NCBI GenBank assembly: GCA_976551045.1
Contig: CDPCPM010000015.1
Location: 4,898,001 to 4,962,000 of the forward strand
Source of the DNA: Glaucostegus cemiculus
Lineage: Eukaryota
Direction: 5' to 3'
Length of the DNA: 64,000 nt
Shown here in pieces: positions 1-13,952 of the stretch; positions within the stretch are counted from its first letter, which is position 1; every line of letters starts with the position of its first letter. The translations under genes and the position numbers were made by a program. Below the pieces are notes generated by a model. The model saw only the letters and a program-made list of their open reading frames with translations. It made no database searches and was not told the origin of the DNA.

Positions 1-388
1 GGAATTTAAAAGTGAGCAGGAGTCATATTTGGGGAGCCAGTCATGGAAGAATTTGTTTCAGTCTGACAATCGTTGCAACTAAGAAAGGTCGAATGAAGAC
101 ATCCAGGACTTGGCATAATATTTGGTTTGGGAACAGTACTATTCTCAAGAAATACCCAAAAATAGTGGTCCTGGTGACCAGGAGAGCAAGAAAAGTTTTG
201 GTCGAAGTAACAACTTTGCAGCAGTGTTACAGAGAGAGGAGCAAGGGACTGGTGACACGGAAAGAGCAGAATAAGCTGGAATAAGAAAATCTATTGAGAA
301 ACCACAATTATCCTAGCTAAATACGTCACTATTTTTTGCAACTCACATCAATAATAATTTCAAGACAGTTTATAGTTTAGAGTAGAAG

Positions 389-446
389 ACAACCATATAC
401 ATGTATGTATATGGTTGTGACAATCAAACTGATTCTGATTCTGATC
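389..446 (+). mobile_element. Very short Rex1/Babar-type LINE 3' tail with a 5' fold-back
   Basis: gtatatggttgtgacaatcaaactgattctgattctgat matches the reverse complement of the tail at about 25692-25740; 389-418 is a perfect 14-bp-arm hairpin. Confidence 0.7.
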
Positions 447-472
447 CTTTGATTCATTGTGGTTCTATCTCA

Positions 473-655
<183 letters not shown>

Positions 656-696
656 TTAGAATAAATACACAAACAGAATGATTATCCATGCCACCA

Positions 697-847
697 GAAG
701 AACATAAGAAATAGGATCAGGAGTAAACCATCTGGCCCATCGAGGCTGCTCTGCCATTCAATAAGATCATGGCTGATCTGGCCGTGGACTCAGATCCACC
801 AACCTGCCTTTTCCCTGTAACCCTTAATTTCCCCTACAATGCAAAAA
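697..847 (-). mobile_element. CR1 LINE 3' end
   Basis: aagaacataagaaatagga...ggcccatcgag...ccattcaataagatcatggctgatctg, a typical CR1 3' terminus. Confidence 0.8.
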
Positions 848-898
848 GAAACAAGGCAAACTCCTACACTGAGACAAAGCAAGGAACTAAGATCTCAC

Positions 899-1038
899 CT
901 GAGAGATTTTTCGTTTGATCTTGACGTTTGTGCTCCAAACCTACGTCATCAATCATCAGCTTTATTTCTTCTTTTACCTCCTCCTCTGTCAGACCCTTCA
1001 GCCTTCCATAAAACCAGATGTGTTCCTCCACAGTTAGT
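899..1038 (-). CDS. ABCA7: Coding exon 20: [46 protein letters not shown](G)
   Basis: 140 nt, tgtttag / gtgaga. Confidence 0.97.
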
Positions 1039-1833
1039 CTAAACAAAATGGTGATCAATTATAAACAATACATTACCGAAAGATCATTGAGTGCTGCAGC
1101 ATTACTTTTCCATTGGCTTTTCACAAATTTGATTTGAAATAGGTTGCAAGAGTCACTAGGCTAGAAATTCACACGTGCAGTGCATTGTTTTTATGTGCAT
1201 TACCTATCAGTTTCAAAGTTAAAAGTAGCATGCAATGTAGACAATAGGAAATGTTGTTGTGTCCTCCACGTGTGACACATGCATGCAGAGCCTGCTAGGC
1301 CTACAGCAATAATGTTAATCAATAGGCAAACCATTTTTGATGTTGCAGTTATAAAATTTCAGTGCACACATGCTGAAAATCTGGTTTGAATGTGACAGAA
1401 AGAAGTTTTGCTTCAGCATAAGTTAAAAAGATCTGTCCTTACATCAGCCACTACTTGGAAGTTCACCTCTGAAGCCAACGTCAATAATGGCACAGAGGTC
1501 TTTAATACTCCAATAATTTGGTGGAGGCAGTGAGATTGGTACAGAGATGGTGATCTGACTTGTTCCATCATTTATTGCAAATGCACAGTGCATGTTCTTA
1601 CCTCTGACCCATCACCTAAACACAAAGCTGTTCTGAACTAGCCCACTTGAACTAACATTAATGTCAGGATATCTTAAGGGAGTAAAGGACAATGTGTTTT
1701 TGAAAGCAAAAGCATGAAGGTGGGATACTAGTTTCTGTAATTTGGGAAGTTATAAAGGTTTCTGGATAAATAAATTTATACATCCATCTTGTGATCTGGT
1801 GATGCAAAATGTCCTTATTTAAAAAATACTTAC

Positions 1834-1965
1834 ATGTCAAAAAGTACATTATGCTGTGGACATATCCCAAGAGACTTTCTGATGGTATCCATCTCAGTGA
1901 AGATATTTCTACCCAGAATATATGCTGTACCAGAGGTGGGTGGAAACAATCCAGTAAGAATAGAC
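1834..1965 (-). CDS. ABCA7: Coding exon 19: [43 protein letters not shown](I), Q-loop
   Basis: 132 nt, ctgcaag / gtaagt. Confidence 0.97.
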
Positions 1966-2139
1966 CTTGCAGGAGATAATAAATAAAATATCAAACTACA
2001 ATAGAAATATCACTAAAAGATGTAAAACAGAAATGCAGAGCAGGTACATGACTATCTAAGCAAAAGTACTCTCCCGTGTTCAATATCAGTAAAATTCTTG
2101 GGGTTTAACTTCAGTTTGCAACTGGTTGGATGGTATCTC

Positions 2140-2620
2140 AACAAAACAAAGAAAGAACAGCATTTCATCTTCCTCCTGGCTCAACTTTCAGGTCTTAATA
2201 CTCAACTTCACAAAATAACATAAGCTTATCTCCCCCTCCAATTTTCATAGTCTTCCTGCAGTATTCCCAATGGATTCTTCCACTGAATTTGGAGACTTAA
2301 CTCTTTTGCCTTTTCCAGTCTTTTGACCAGTCAAGCTGACTTGTTCTTTAACAGATACCCAACCTTCCCCACTCCCAGTCCCTGCATTCAGCTGACAGCC
2401 CCACCTGCAAATCAATCCATCTTTTCTTCCAGATCCTGACTAAACCATAGAAGTAGAGCATCACAGATACTGGTACGTATTCAGTGGTGAGGCAATATCT
2501 CAGTGGAGAGACAACATTTCTCTCATTCATCCAAAATGCTAATCACAGATGCTGCCTGGCCTGCTGAGTTCCTCCAGTATTTTGTGTGCAATGCTCTAGG
2601 ATTTCTCTATTTTATTTCAG
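2140..2620 (+). mobile_element. Penelope-like element 3' remnant
   Basis: EQHFIF.L...GLN C-terminal remnant followed by gatgctgcctggcctgctgagttcctccag terminus. Confidence 0.65.
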
Positions 2621-3835
2621 ATTGTATTACTATGCATTTTCAGCAGGAAGCCCTAATTTATCTTGTTGGTAACATTCTCAACCATGATGACAGATTTATG
2701 TCTCACTAAGATTTTGAGATCATAAATTAGACCAGCTTTGTCCTTCAACAAAAGGAGTATTGCACAAACATTCTGTCCTGAACCAAAAACACAAACCAAT
2801 TAATAATGAAAAGAATTATGGGAAAGGACATGGAAATCAGATAAGAGCTCTAATTAAACAGCTATCATTGACACTGTATGACTAACATTCTTCTGTGCTG
2901 TAATTTTTCAATCAAATTGTATTTTGAGGATGTTGCTTTATGTTGAACAAGCAAGACATTTGCTGACATAAATATTAATACAACTCCTCGTGAGCCAATG
3001 GCTGGTGGGGATGAGGGAGAGAAAAGGAGCTTGAGTTTAGGATTAGGCAATTGAAGTTATGAGGAATTTAAATGTGCAGATCAGGAGACTGAATCAGAGT
3101 AGCAATATCATAGATAGTTGAAGGGCTGAAGGAAAAAAGCCTTTAGAGACTTTTGAAAACAAATAGTGGAACTTTAATTCCTTAACTGGGAGCCCATGTA
3201 CATCAGAGAGCACAGAGGTGATGGTTGAACATGATTGATTGCAAGATATGTTCAGCAGAGTTTTGGAGACTTCATGTTTACCAAGAGTAGTGCAGGTCCT
3301 CTGCAACTTACAAACACCAGACGTGTACATACCAGCAAGCATTTGTGAGACCAGTGGGATGGATTTGCCTGCTGCAGTGGGGGTGCAGGCATCTTCTGAT
3401 GTGTGGGAACTTGGTTCATGGCTACATCTGTGATGTAAAAACTGGGCGCATTATGAACAGTTCACAGGACCAGAACCCTGCCATAGCCAGGGAGTGGCCT
3501 GTACAAGGGAGTGGTCAAGTCCAGACAACTGCTTTGGTCTTGTCAACATCCAATAAAAAGGAAGTTTCTCTCATCCAGTATTGGGTGTTAGACAAGCAGT
3601 ATGGCATTTAGAGATAGTAGGAGGGTCAAGAGAAGGGTTGGTAGGTAAAGTTGATTGTCATCAGTGCACACATGGTAAATGAAGCTATGTTTTCTGATGA
3701 TGTTGCCGAGGTAACAAATGATGAGAAATGACGGAGGAGAAAGGATAGATCACTCACAGATTACCAGAACCAATAGTGCCGTTGTAAGCTAGAAACCGCC
3801 TATCAATGTCTATGCACCTATCAAACAAGTCTTAC

Positions 3836-4007
3836 ATGGTGGTTGTTTTTCCAGCTCCATTGTGCCCAAGGAATGAAGTGATTTGCCCTTCATAGAAATT
3901 AAGGCTAAGTCCATTAACAGCCACCTTCTTCCCATTCCCATAAACCTTCACTAGCCTCTGGATGGACACGCCCAGTTTGAGGTGAGTTGGTTCCTTCTCC
4001 AGGTGGA
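3836..4007 (-). CDS. ABCA7: Coding exon 18: (V)[56 protein letters not shown](M), Walker A
   Basis: 172 nt, tctttcag / gtaaga. Confidence 0.97.
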
Positions 4008-4543
4008 CTGAAAGACAAAAACATTCTAAACATTATTCATAGCATAGAATTAGCAGGACTTCAGAAAATAGCAAACATGAAGAACTGAGCTGAAGAACAC
4101 CTCCAATTGTTCAGCTCAGTTTCAGAGCTAAGAATAGCTGGAGAACTTCCTTTACTGTGACAGTAAAATGACACCCCTTCCCTCTTCACAACTGAATTGG
4201 ATCTACAATTCACACTGATATTGCTTTGGGAAAGCCTCTGAGGTGAACTAATGGCTCAGCCTGTCAAAATACAACAACAACTTTGCCTGTGTACATTTAT
4301 GGGCAGAACTGTAGTCATAAGTCACTGTAGTCATGCAGTGATTTCAGCACTGGGTTTCAGCACTTCAACAAGTCCATCCTGTAACGTTTGAAAGACATAT
4401 TTAAACACCAGCGGCATCATTGATTAGATTATAAACCACATTCTGTAAAAATTCTTCATAAAGGAACTACTGATTTTAAGATACACAAACATTTAACAGA
4501 TCCAAAATGCTGGATCTGAACCACTTAGTTCTGAAACTTTCAC

Positions 4544-4660
4544 CTTTTTTAGTATTTCCATTATCAGAATGTTGAATCAGGTCCTCATTCGAATATAGTT
4601 CTCCACACCAGTAACTCCGGAGGACAGGAAAATACCAGGGTTTGGGGACTCCATATTGAC
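4544..4660 (-). CDS. ABCA7: Coding exon 17: [39 protein letters not shown]
   Basis: 117 nt, tttgtag / gtgaaa. Confidence 0.93.
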
Positions 4661-6121
4661 CTACAAACAAAACCATCAATTAAATGGGACCAGAATCTTC
4701 CACACCACAATGAATCCAAATACTCCCATTCCTACTGCATTCTGTACATGCTGAAAGATGTCTCAAAGCCCTGAACTTTGAGAAGAATTTGATCTTCAAA
4801 TCTATTCACAGCCTTGTTCCTCCCTACTTCAGTAATACCCTGCTTCAAGTCCCTGCATACAGTCTCTGTACACTGCATGCGATAGCACTTAAACCATGAT
4901 TCTCATCACCTAGCACTCATCCCTAAATACTTATCAAAAGGAGGAAAAGAATACATTTAAAACAAAGGAAGGGAAAAGTGAAATGGATTGTGAAGATTGG
5001 GATGGTGAACTAAAGGTGCAAGTCAATGAAGTGGATTTTTTGAAAATAGAAAGTACTGTGATAAGGAATGAATGTGAAGTTATAGCTTTCACCACCTCAG
5101 TATCAAAGGTCCCACAGCAAATAAATGGCTGACCCAGTTAATTTCTTCTGGTAGTGATGGTTGAATCTTTTAATCCAAGTAAACAAGCAAAGAGGACAAC
5201 AGTTTAACGGCTCATCTGAAAAAGTATACTTCCAATTGTATTTCTTGTATAATCTGACAAGATTATATGTCCGGAATGGGGCTTCAACCCAAAATTTCTT
5301 TTAATTACAGATGCATGCTATCAATAGAAATTGGAAAATTTCTGAAGACAAGTGTAGATGCCAAAGAAACTATTGCCATTTAGAGTGTGGGACAAGAGAA
5401 GTCCAGTGGTGAAGGTGTGATAAGGAGTATGAGGCTTCCAGTGTTAGAACCGCAGGAAGCTGAAGCAGGTGATTATTAAAGTTAGAAGAAGCAAAAGTTT
5501 GGATAGATTTTAAAAAATGAGAATTGGATAACCTGTGGAAATCATTAACTCTTCTTTGCCGTCAACTACTCTAATAGCACAGTGAATATAAACCCATAAC
5601 CTTTTGCTAGGCTTTGTTTCAATAAATTTTTAAATTGCACAAAGATTTTTGAGAATGTTCATCTAACCTACCTTTTCAGAAGTTACCTTTTCCTGCAATT
5701 TGCTTTATAGGGTTACTTCCCAGTATATATTGTGTAAATGACCATTCTCATACAAAGCCCTCTAGTATTAGGACATTGAGGTGTTTGAGGGCATTTCAGT
5801 GCAGCCTGATCATCTTTCACCCATTGTGCATCTTCCAGCAATGCTCAATCCTGGGTGATTAGTCATTGTTTCTATCCTGTGGTACTTTAAAGCTACTCAG
5901 CTCTGCAGTAACTAAACTTGGGAGATTCTGATCTGTCTGGCTCAATGCTGCACACCATAACATGATTATGAACTGACCTGAGAGCTTCACTAGATGAAGT
6001 ACTTTATATATTATTTTCTGAAGGTTACTTATAACATTTGTTTAAAAAAAAAATCATTATACCTAAACGCACATTTGCACGGCACTGTGGACATAATATA
6101 CTTGATAAAATAAGGAATTAC

Positions 6122-6326
6122 CTGGAAACACAGCTTCAATGTACCATGTGGCAATGCCATACACGACAGCATCAAACAGCATGAGGATGATAGAAGTAAT
6201 AAAATTGTATGCATCGTCCTCCACTGGACTGGAAAGGAGGTTAAACCACTGAATACCAATTCCTTGCTCTTCATAGAGAGAAAAATATTCACATCCAAAA
6301 CCAAATGCAACTGGAGATAAAAGGCT
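6122..6326 (-). CDS. ABCA7: Coding exon 16: [38 protein letters not shown]...[13 protein letters not shown]
   Basis: 205 nt, tcacag / gtaatt. Confidence 0.97.
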
Positions 6327-6345
6327 CTGTGATTAAAGATAAGAG

Positions 6346-6384
6346 ATTTCAGAAATAATCTAATATTTCAGAAATAATCTAATA
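6346..6384. repeat. Perfect tandem duplication of the 19-mer atttcagaaataatctaat
   Basis: copies at 6346-6364 and 6365-6383. Confidence 0.9.
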
Positions 6385-8837
6385 CACTATATCTCCAAGT
6401 TACAAAGGGGTTGCAGTTCTAGAAAACCATCTTATCGTGATCTTTTGTCACACGAACCCTTTACAAAAATTGACAAAATTTGTTTCTTTTGCATTTTGTG
6501 CTTACTTGTTTTTTTTCCCCTCACATAAATCCCCTAAGGGCAATTCTTTGTTCCATATCTCAGTCTTTTTGTTATTGATTTGTGGATTCTGCAATGGTGA
6601 AGTTTCATTGCCAGAGCTGCCGCAATGTTCAGCTACACTGTCATTTTTACTCCCACCGTCTATAGAAAACACCTTGCATATCGTGAAAATGTGATTTTTT
6701 TTTAAAAAGACAAACAGCATGAGCTTGACATTCTGGGACCAGGGAAAGTACAAAGGGAATAGTTCACCCATAGGGTATATGGGGTCAAGCTTCAAGCTGC
6801 TAGATTTTTGGCCTGGTTAACTTCGCACCAGTCTGCTGGTGTCTGGAAGTAATCCAAGGCAAACCTGGAAATTAGCTTCAAAGACCCAGCAGAGACCTTT
6901 ACAGGTGAGAACCAGAACAAACTTTGTTGCAGACCCAGTGAAGGACTAAAAGCAAATATACTGGAAGGGATTGATCGTTTTTGAGAACATGCACATTTGG
7001 TCCCTTAGGAGCAGAAGAACCTGTAATATATTATTTGCTTTTTCCAACCCACTGTTATAGCAACTTGACCTCAGCCTAACACAGTTAACATTATTATGAT
7101 GCTTCTTCATCCCAAATATAGGATTCACGATGGGAGGTGGAATACTGTGTTGCTATCCAATGCAAAAATGAGTACTACTAGCATAAGAGGGACCGCAGAA
7201 TTACAGGCTTCATCATTTGTCAGACGAACAATTTAGCACTATTTTCACTTCACTGCATCCACACTTTCCTCCTACATATTTTCTATCCCTTTGCCTTGAA
7301 GGATTGCATTACCTCACATTTCTTTGGATCAAATTCTATTTGCCACTTTTCTGGCTGGACCATCCATAATTTCTTGAAGCAAAAGCTTCTCTCCTCCCTG
7401 CCAACCACACAGCCAATATTTGTATCATCTACTCCTTCCTGTGCTCAGTAAAAGGCTATTTCCTCACCACTCATAAAAGGATGAATAAATTGGAATGGAA
7501 TTAGCACTGATAGAACTTGTTCACCATTTTATTCCCAGATCAAGTGAGTCATTTCATTTATTATTCAACAACCATTAGGCAAAGCTCTGTTTAGATAATA
7601 GCGGTATTTGCAGCACACTCAGTGCTAGCGATATATGCAGTTCATGGATAAATCCTGTGGTTGATAATATGCCACTGCCCCCACCTCTTGGACCTAACCT
7701 TAATTCCAAACTGAAGGGATAAAACACTCAACTGTCTATGGGTTTAATAGGTCTGACATCATGTGAGCTTTAGCAGTCTCAACCCAGTCAAGATTACAGT
7801 ATTATGATTGTCCGGAAAGCAGCTTGAAATAGTAATTTTGCATAGCGGGAAATGTAAAAACTGCTGGCAACTGGAAGTACATCTTACTAATTGAAGATGG
7901 GACTGAGGTGCATGGTTAGCTTGAAGCAGAGATAGCTTTACTCTCTATTTCACTGTACTATGCCAGATATTGGAGGGCTTGATGCAGCTGTATATTCCTG
8001 ACCTACACAATATCTGACCAGGAAGCATATTCTGTTGGTAAAGGGAGTAGGGAATTCAGAAATAAAATTCCATTCCCCTCAGATGAACTTATTTTAACAA
8101 GTTCAACCTCAGGTCTCAACACTGACATTTTTCAATACTATGATGCTATTTTAAGTCTCACTCTGCATCTTCTATTGCAGTCTTCCTTCTCCACTCATCT
8201 TCAGTGTTTTGAAAACAAAAAGGCATTGCATTATCACCCTCCTCTTCACGTTCTCAAAACTTATCAATGACTACAATTCTCCAAGGCGATGATTCTTCAG
8301 TCTTTGTTTCTTATAAATCTTCAACTTCCTTCAATTCCCCATTGTCAACCAACACTCTACATCCTAAACTTTAAATGCATTCCATAAATCTTGCTGCTTC
8401 CAAAATATTGCTTAAAACTTAGCTTTTTGAACAAACCTTTAGCAGTCAGGCCTAACTCTCTATGTGACTTGGTTTCAAATTTTATCCAACTGCAGCTTTT
8501 ATCCAAATTTTATCTCTGTAGCTTTGCAAACACTTCTCTTTTAAGTATCTCTCCATTTTCCATTTGAAAGTTACTATCAAGTTGGCTTCCCATTCAGGCT
8601 GCATTCTCCAGAACAGAACAAAATAGCATGTTAAAAAAACTCATTTTTTTGCTGCCATTTAAAAAAAATCATCATAAATTAGTACATGCTTGTTGCCAAG
8701 CCTGCTGCAATTGGAAATTGGTTCTATCTATCAAAATCCTTCACAATTTTGAGCACCTTTGTCCAAAAACTTATTCTGCTTCAAGATGAACAATCACTCC
8801 ACTAGTCTCTCCCATATACTCAAAGTCTCACACTTAG

Positions 8838-9218
8838 GCTTGCAACAGTGATACAGCACATAGAGCCACTGCTTCACAGTGTCAATGACCCCACTTCAAT
8901 CCTGACTTTGGGTGTTGTCTGTGTGGAGTTTGCACATTCTCCCCATGACTATAGGGGTTTCCTCCAGATGCTCCAGTTTCCTTCCATGCCCAAAGGAAAT
9001 GTGTGTTGGTGGGTTAATTGACCAATGTGAATTGTCTCTAGTGTTTAGGTGAGAGGTAAAATTTGGGAAGGGAGGGGGAAAGAGTTGATGAGAATGCATG
9101 GAGAATGAAAACAGGAGGGTTTTATGTAGGATTAGTGTAAATGGATGGTTGGTGTTCGGTGTTGACTCTGAAACAAGGGGCCTGTTTCCATGTGTAATTC
9201 CCTATGACTCTATGACTC
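8838..9218 (+). mobile_element. tRNA-derived V-SINE with CR1-type tail
   Basis: V-domain gtgtggagtttgcacattctcccc..gggtttcctccagatgctccagtttcc; ends ctatgactctatgact. Confidence 0.8.
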
Positions 9219-9928
9219 CATGTATCATTCTGGTAAAAGTGTTTAGCATTATTTCATGGAATATGGCAACCAAAGTTAGAGACATTACTCAAACTAGGAA
9301 TTTTTTAAAAATTAGCATAAATGCTGATGGGAAACAAAACCAGGATAAAATAGTCCAAAAGGTTGCTGAATTAATCTTTTTTCTGGTTCTTTAAAATCAT
9401 TCTTATGAACAGTCCATAGTCTTTTAACAAGAGATGCCCAGTTACATCAGTGTGCTGAGGGATTAGCATAAAGGCCAGAGAAGATGGAGGTGAAGCAATT
9501 CTGTTTCTTGACTTTATTTTACTATTATAAAGGTTCACATCCAGTTGACCAGAATTCACACATGCGCCAGAGTTAGAGATTACTATTACTGATTAAAGAC
9601 AAAGGTTTTAAGGAATACCTTAGTGCAGGTGAGGTGGAGGAGATGAGGCTTAGGGAGGGAATTCCTGAGTTTTAGGGCCAAAGCAGATGATAACCATTGG
9701 TGGGATACATCAACCAGTCATAAACCAAACATTCTCCACCCAATACACCATTTGACCCATACACTCTTCTCTCCCTAAGAATCTGTAGACCTGTGAAAGC
9801 TAACTAAAGTATCTTGCTCAAAAGGTCAATTAAACCTCCTCCCTCTTCATCCAACAGGCCATTATTCATTCAGCACACATCTTAACATATGCTGTACGAG
9901 ATCAGGACAATGACTCTATCGAACTCAC

Positions 9929-10150
9929 TGCAAATATTCTGAGTGCATAAGTGACGTGGTCTCTCCAGGCAACACACAGGACATATGGGAGATAGAGTGA
10001 GAAGTAGATGATTCCTCCACAAGCAGCTGCTAGGTTTGCTCCAGAGAAGAAGGTGCTGATCAGGAAACACTGCATGATGGTAGCAACCGCAAAGGTTGCA
10101 AGGAATACAAACACGACAGAGGGGTCACTGTACGGGAGAATCCCTCCTTT
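9929..10150 (-). CDS. ABCA7: Coding exon 15: [17 protein letters not shown]...[37 protein letters not shown]
   Basis: 222 nt, gttacag / gtgagt. Confidence 0.97.
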
Positions 10151-10299
10151 CTGTAACAAAAGAAAATAGGTAAGCTGAAGAAACATAATTCTTTATCCCT
10201 AATATCCAAGACAAGTACAAAAATCTCACCTTGATTTTCATTCAATATACATGTACATAAAGAATGGTCCATTATTTGTTCAAGATTACCAATATTTAA

Positions 10300-11220
10300 C
10301 AAAAATATGAAATGTTGAAGAAACAATAGGTCAGACAGCATCTGTAGAGAAAGAAATAGAGTGTGCATTTCGAGACAATGACCCTTTATCAGAACTGAGA
10401 ATAGATAAAGATAGAACACGTTTTAAGGTGCAGAGAAAGGTAAGGAAGGGAGGAGAGAACAGAAGAGAAGGTTTCTGACAGAGGAGAGATTAAGTATTAA
10501 AGGTGGTCGTAACAGGGAAACAAAGTCCAAAAGTGACACAAGTTCAGAATAATTAGATGAAATAATGAGGAGTGGATGCTGGAATTTGAAATAAAAATGC
10601 CAGATCAACTGATTATCAGAAATTATTGAATACTAGACTCCAATGTGCTGAGTGGGAAGATAAGGTGCTTTTCGCCAAGCCTACTCAATAGTTCTAGTCA
10701 CTTATAATGATTTAGTTCAACTTCTTCCAGTTCAGTTTTCCGTAATAACTGTTCACAATGTGGTCTTCCTTACACTGGGTAAGAATGAATACAGGTTGAA
10801 TGACTGATTTGCAAAATACCCCCAATCCATCCACAAGCATGAAAATGAACAGGGCTGCCAGTTGCCTGTCAATTTAATTCTCTCTCCCACCTCCATTCAG
10901 ACCTCTCTGTTCCCTCCCTTCCACTCTGTTCCTACGAAATTCAATATAAGCTCAAGGAAAATGACCTTGTCTTCTGTGTAGGCATACTAATGCCTTCCAA
11001 ACTCAGTAATGAGTTAAATTTTTTGGGATTCAATCATTTTTCTTTCAAATTTTCAGTATTCACACCACAGTTCTTTTATAATTTTATATAATTATTCTGC
11101 ATTTATCCCACATCTGAACTAATTCCTTAACACCACTCTGTTTCAGTTGGCATTATCCATTTTATTATTTAACGTTCCCTGCCTTCCACCCTATCACATT
11201 CCTTTCTTTTTGTTCTCTCC
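10300..11220. mobile_element. Penelope-like element, inverted-end arrangement with GIY-YIG remnant
   Basis: minus-strand terminus at about 10300-10400; plus-strand CSQCGLPYTG..RLND.FA (GIY-YIG-like) at about 10750-10820. Confidence 0.7.
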
Positions 11221-11939
11221 TGCAGGCAAACCATACTGCCCCACTCTACCCACTCCTGTGAGCTGAAGGAAAGCAATGGAGTCCTCTTGTCTCGGACTTT
11301 GAAGCTTAGATGACCTTCCTAATGTAGCAATAAGCAGCAAACTACGAGATGTAGCAGAGATCAAAAGGAGCAATCTGGAATAATCCCAAGGCTGGGAAGC
11401 TGACATTAACCATGACCTTGACATCCACGGAGTTGTCCAAGCATATGCATGAATCTATATTTGAGATCCCACAAGGTCAGAGATCTCAGCAAGAACAAAG
11501 AGCACAGTTTGAGTATTGACCCTTTAATTGCACAGTTTCAATGAATATGGGGCTAGTAATTTATGGTAGGCCTGTGGATATGTAAGAAATTACTTTCAAT
11601 TTGTGAGGTTGCAAAGCACACTAGACATGAACCTTGGGGCATTTTAACTCAGTAAATAAAAGGCGCTTGGGCAAAGGAAAATCTCACCAAAAAGTCAGGA
11701 ATTAAATTTCCCAACAGGTGCCATAATACCTTGAAATGGGGACAATATTTCTTTACTCTGGGTTAAGCCAATTTTCAGCATCATGGTATTGTTTATATTT
11801 TAAAGTGTAAAGGATTTTCTTGGCCTTTATTTCCTGAATGGCAGTGATCTAAGATTCAATTGATCAACAGTCAAACTAATTGCTTTCATCAATTACAAGA
11901 TATGCCCAGGGCTATACACGCCAGTGTAATCTTCACCAC

Positions 11940-12270
11940 CTCAAAGTCCAAAAGTACTTTGCAGTCAATTAAGTACTTTTGAAGAACAGTCATTGTCAAT
12001 TTTTTTTAAATGTGGCAACTAATTTGAACACTATTTCACAAACAGCATTGTGATAATGACCAGATCATTTGTTTTAGAACTCTTACACGAGAAGATACTG
12101 AGAAAACAGAGGGGACTTTGGTTTACTGTCTCACCCAAAAGACAGCAACTCAAAGAGCATTGCTTCAGAACTGCACTGGTGTGTCAACCTAGGACTTTGA
12201 GAGTTCAAGTTTTTGGAATGGGATTTAACTCAAAATATTCTAATGCAGAGGTAAGAGGACTGCCTAGTGT
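11940..12270 (-). mobile_element. DeuSINE (SacSINE1-like); related decayed copies at about 5100, 20460, 24600, 27280, 48470, 50110 and 59500
   Basis: aagtacttttgaag..gtgataatgaccagat..ggttta.tgtctca.c.aaaagacagca..tgcactgg pattern recurring across the window. Confidence 0.6.
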
Positions 12271-13729
12271 GCCGGGAGCTCCAGGAATAACACTATACAC
12301 AGATGGGTGCTCTTCTGTATCAGAACCTGCCCTTCTCTTATCCCCTTACTTACTCTCCAAAAGGCAAAGTTCCATGGCACTGGTATCTCTCCCAAGTGGA
12401 CATGTTACAGGTATGGACCCTGATGGTAATGTCAACATTCTATTTAACCTTCGAAGCTGAGCATCCTGTCTTTAACCAACACCTGGATATGTAGCCTTTA
12501 CACTTAGATCACTGGACACAGATCAAGATTCCTGTCCTTTTTATCCTCTGTATGACTTGACTGTCTTAGAGCAAAATGTAGCCATCTTACTGGCATCAGC
12601 TAATTCAGACAGATCAGGCATTGAAACTGGCACCAATTGATTTGATATCGACAATACTATGCTTAGTGGTGAATTTACAATGCAATTAACAGGAATCAAA
12701 GGCTCCTGAAGTGCCACTAAATCCATCAATAAAGATGATGATTATCACAGCCACCTTGAATTTTGATTCACCTGTCAGCAACAGAAAATCACCACAACCA
12801 ATCCATATTTTACTGAAACCCAGCGGACTGGAAAATGAATTTCAAGGAAGCACATCACACAAAACACAGACAAGTAATAAAATATACAGATTAATAGACA
12901 GACAGATACCTGTTTTTATTGCCTAGCCATCCAAAATAACTGAAAAAAATTAAGAAACAATTCCTAGTACTTTCATTGTTGGAGTGTCTAACATACTGAA
13001 ATTAATTGATCTTTGTGTAAATCAGATAAACTCAAAGCAAGAGAAAAACATGAAATGAAAATGAGTGAAGAGGAAGGTTACTACCAAAGCAAGCAAGTAC
13101 AATATTTTAGGATGTGAACAGCTCCAAAAGGCAGATAGAAGTTTTTCCACTTACATTAAACACCAAGAGAAACAATCACAAACAAATAGAACTGTGCTGA
13201 GGGTTATTTTTACAACAGTGAAATCTGATCTATACAAATCTTTCACATCATGAATTCAGACAAGAACAAATAAGTATGGGCTTAGACCTTGGCTATTCTA
13301 ATACATGTGATTTGGCACCTCACAGATGTGAGATCAATGAAAGAAATGGTAGGTGGGGGGGAGAGGGGGTGGAAGGGATTAAAAACCAAGAAAAGTATAG
13401 GCAAGGTAGTCAGCTCTAACCTCTGGGAAATATACAGTGGATGAAGAACAAGCAGCAAAGACAGGAGAATGCAATAACATTTTCCAGGAATTCAAGTTTT
13501 GTACTCACACCCACAGGGGCTTAGGGTAATCACAACCTCACATTAAACAAGGAGATAAGTGCTGGTGATTATTCAGAAACAAACAGCAGTTTAAAGGTCT
13601 TCACTGATACAGAGATCAAGAACTCTGCCCTCGAATCTTCAACATTAAAATTAATTGAAAGGCAAGTTAAAGCACTCAGTATCTTGGTCAAATAATTTCA
13701 TCAGTTTAAAGTCATTACAGGGTGCTTAC

Positions 13730-13952
13730 CTTCAGGATTAAAATAAGAAAAGCAGAACTGATGAGGAAAGGGATAAAGCTACTGATGAACCAGCTGATCC
13801 ACAATATTCCATTAGTCAGCCCCATCATCTTCATCGTCTCCTTCAGTCGTGCCTCTTTCTCATGAACCATCCCCTTGATTATCATTGCAACCGAGTAAAT
13901 CCAAGCCAATGTCATGAAAAGGGGCAATGAACGGTTCAAAACTCGCAAGAAT
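13730..13952 (-). CDS. ABCA7: Coding exon 14: [45 protein letters not shown]...LILILK
   Basis: 223 nt, ttaatcag / gtaagc. Confidence 0.97.
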
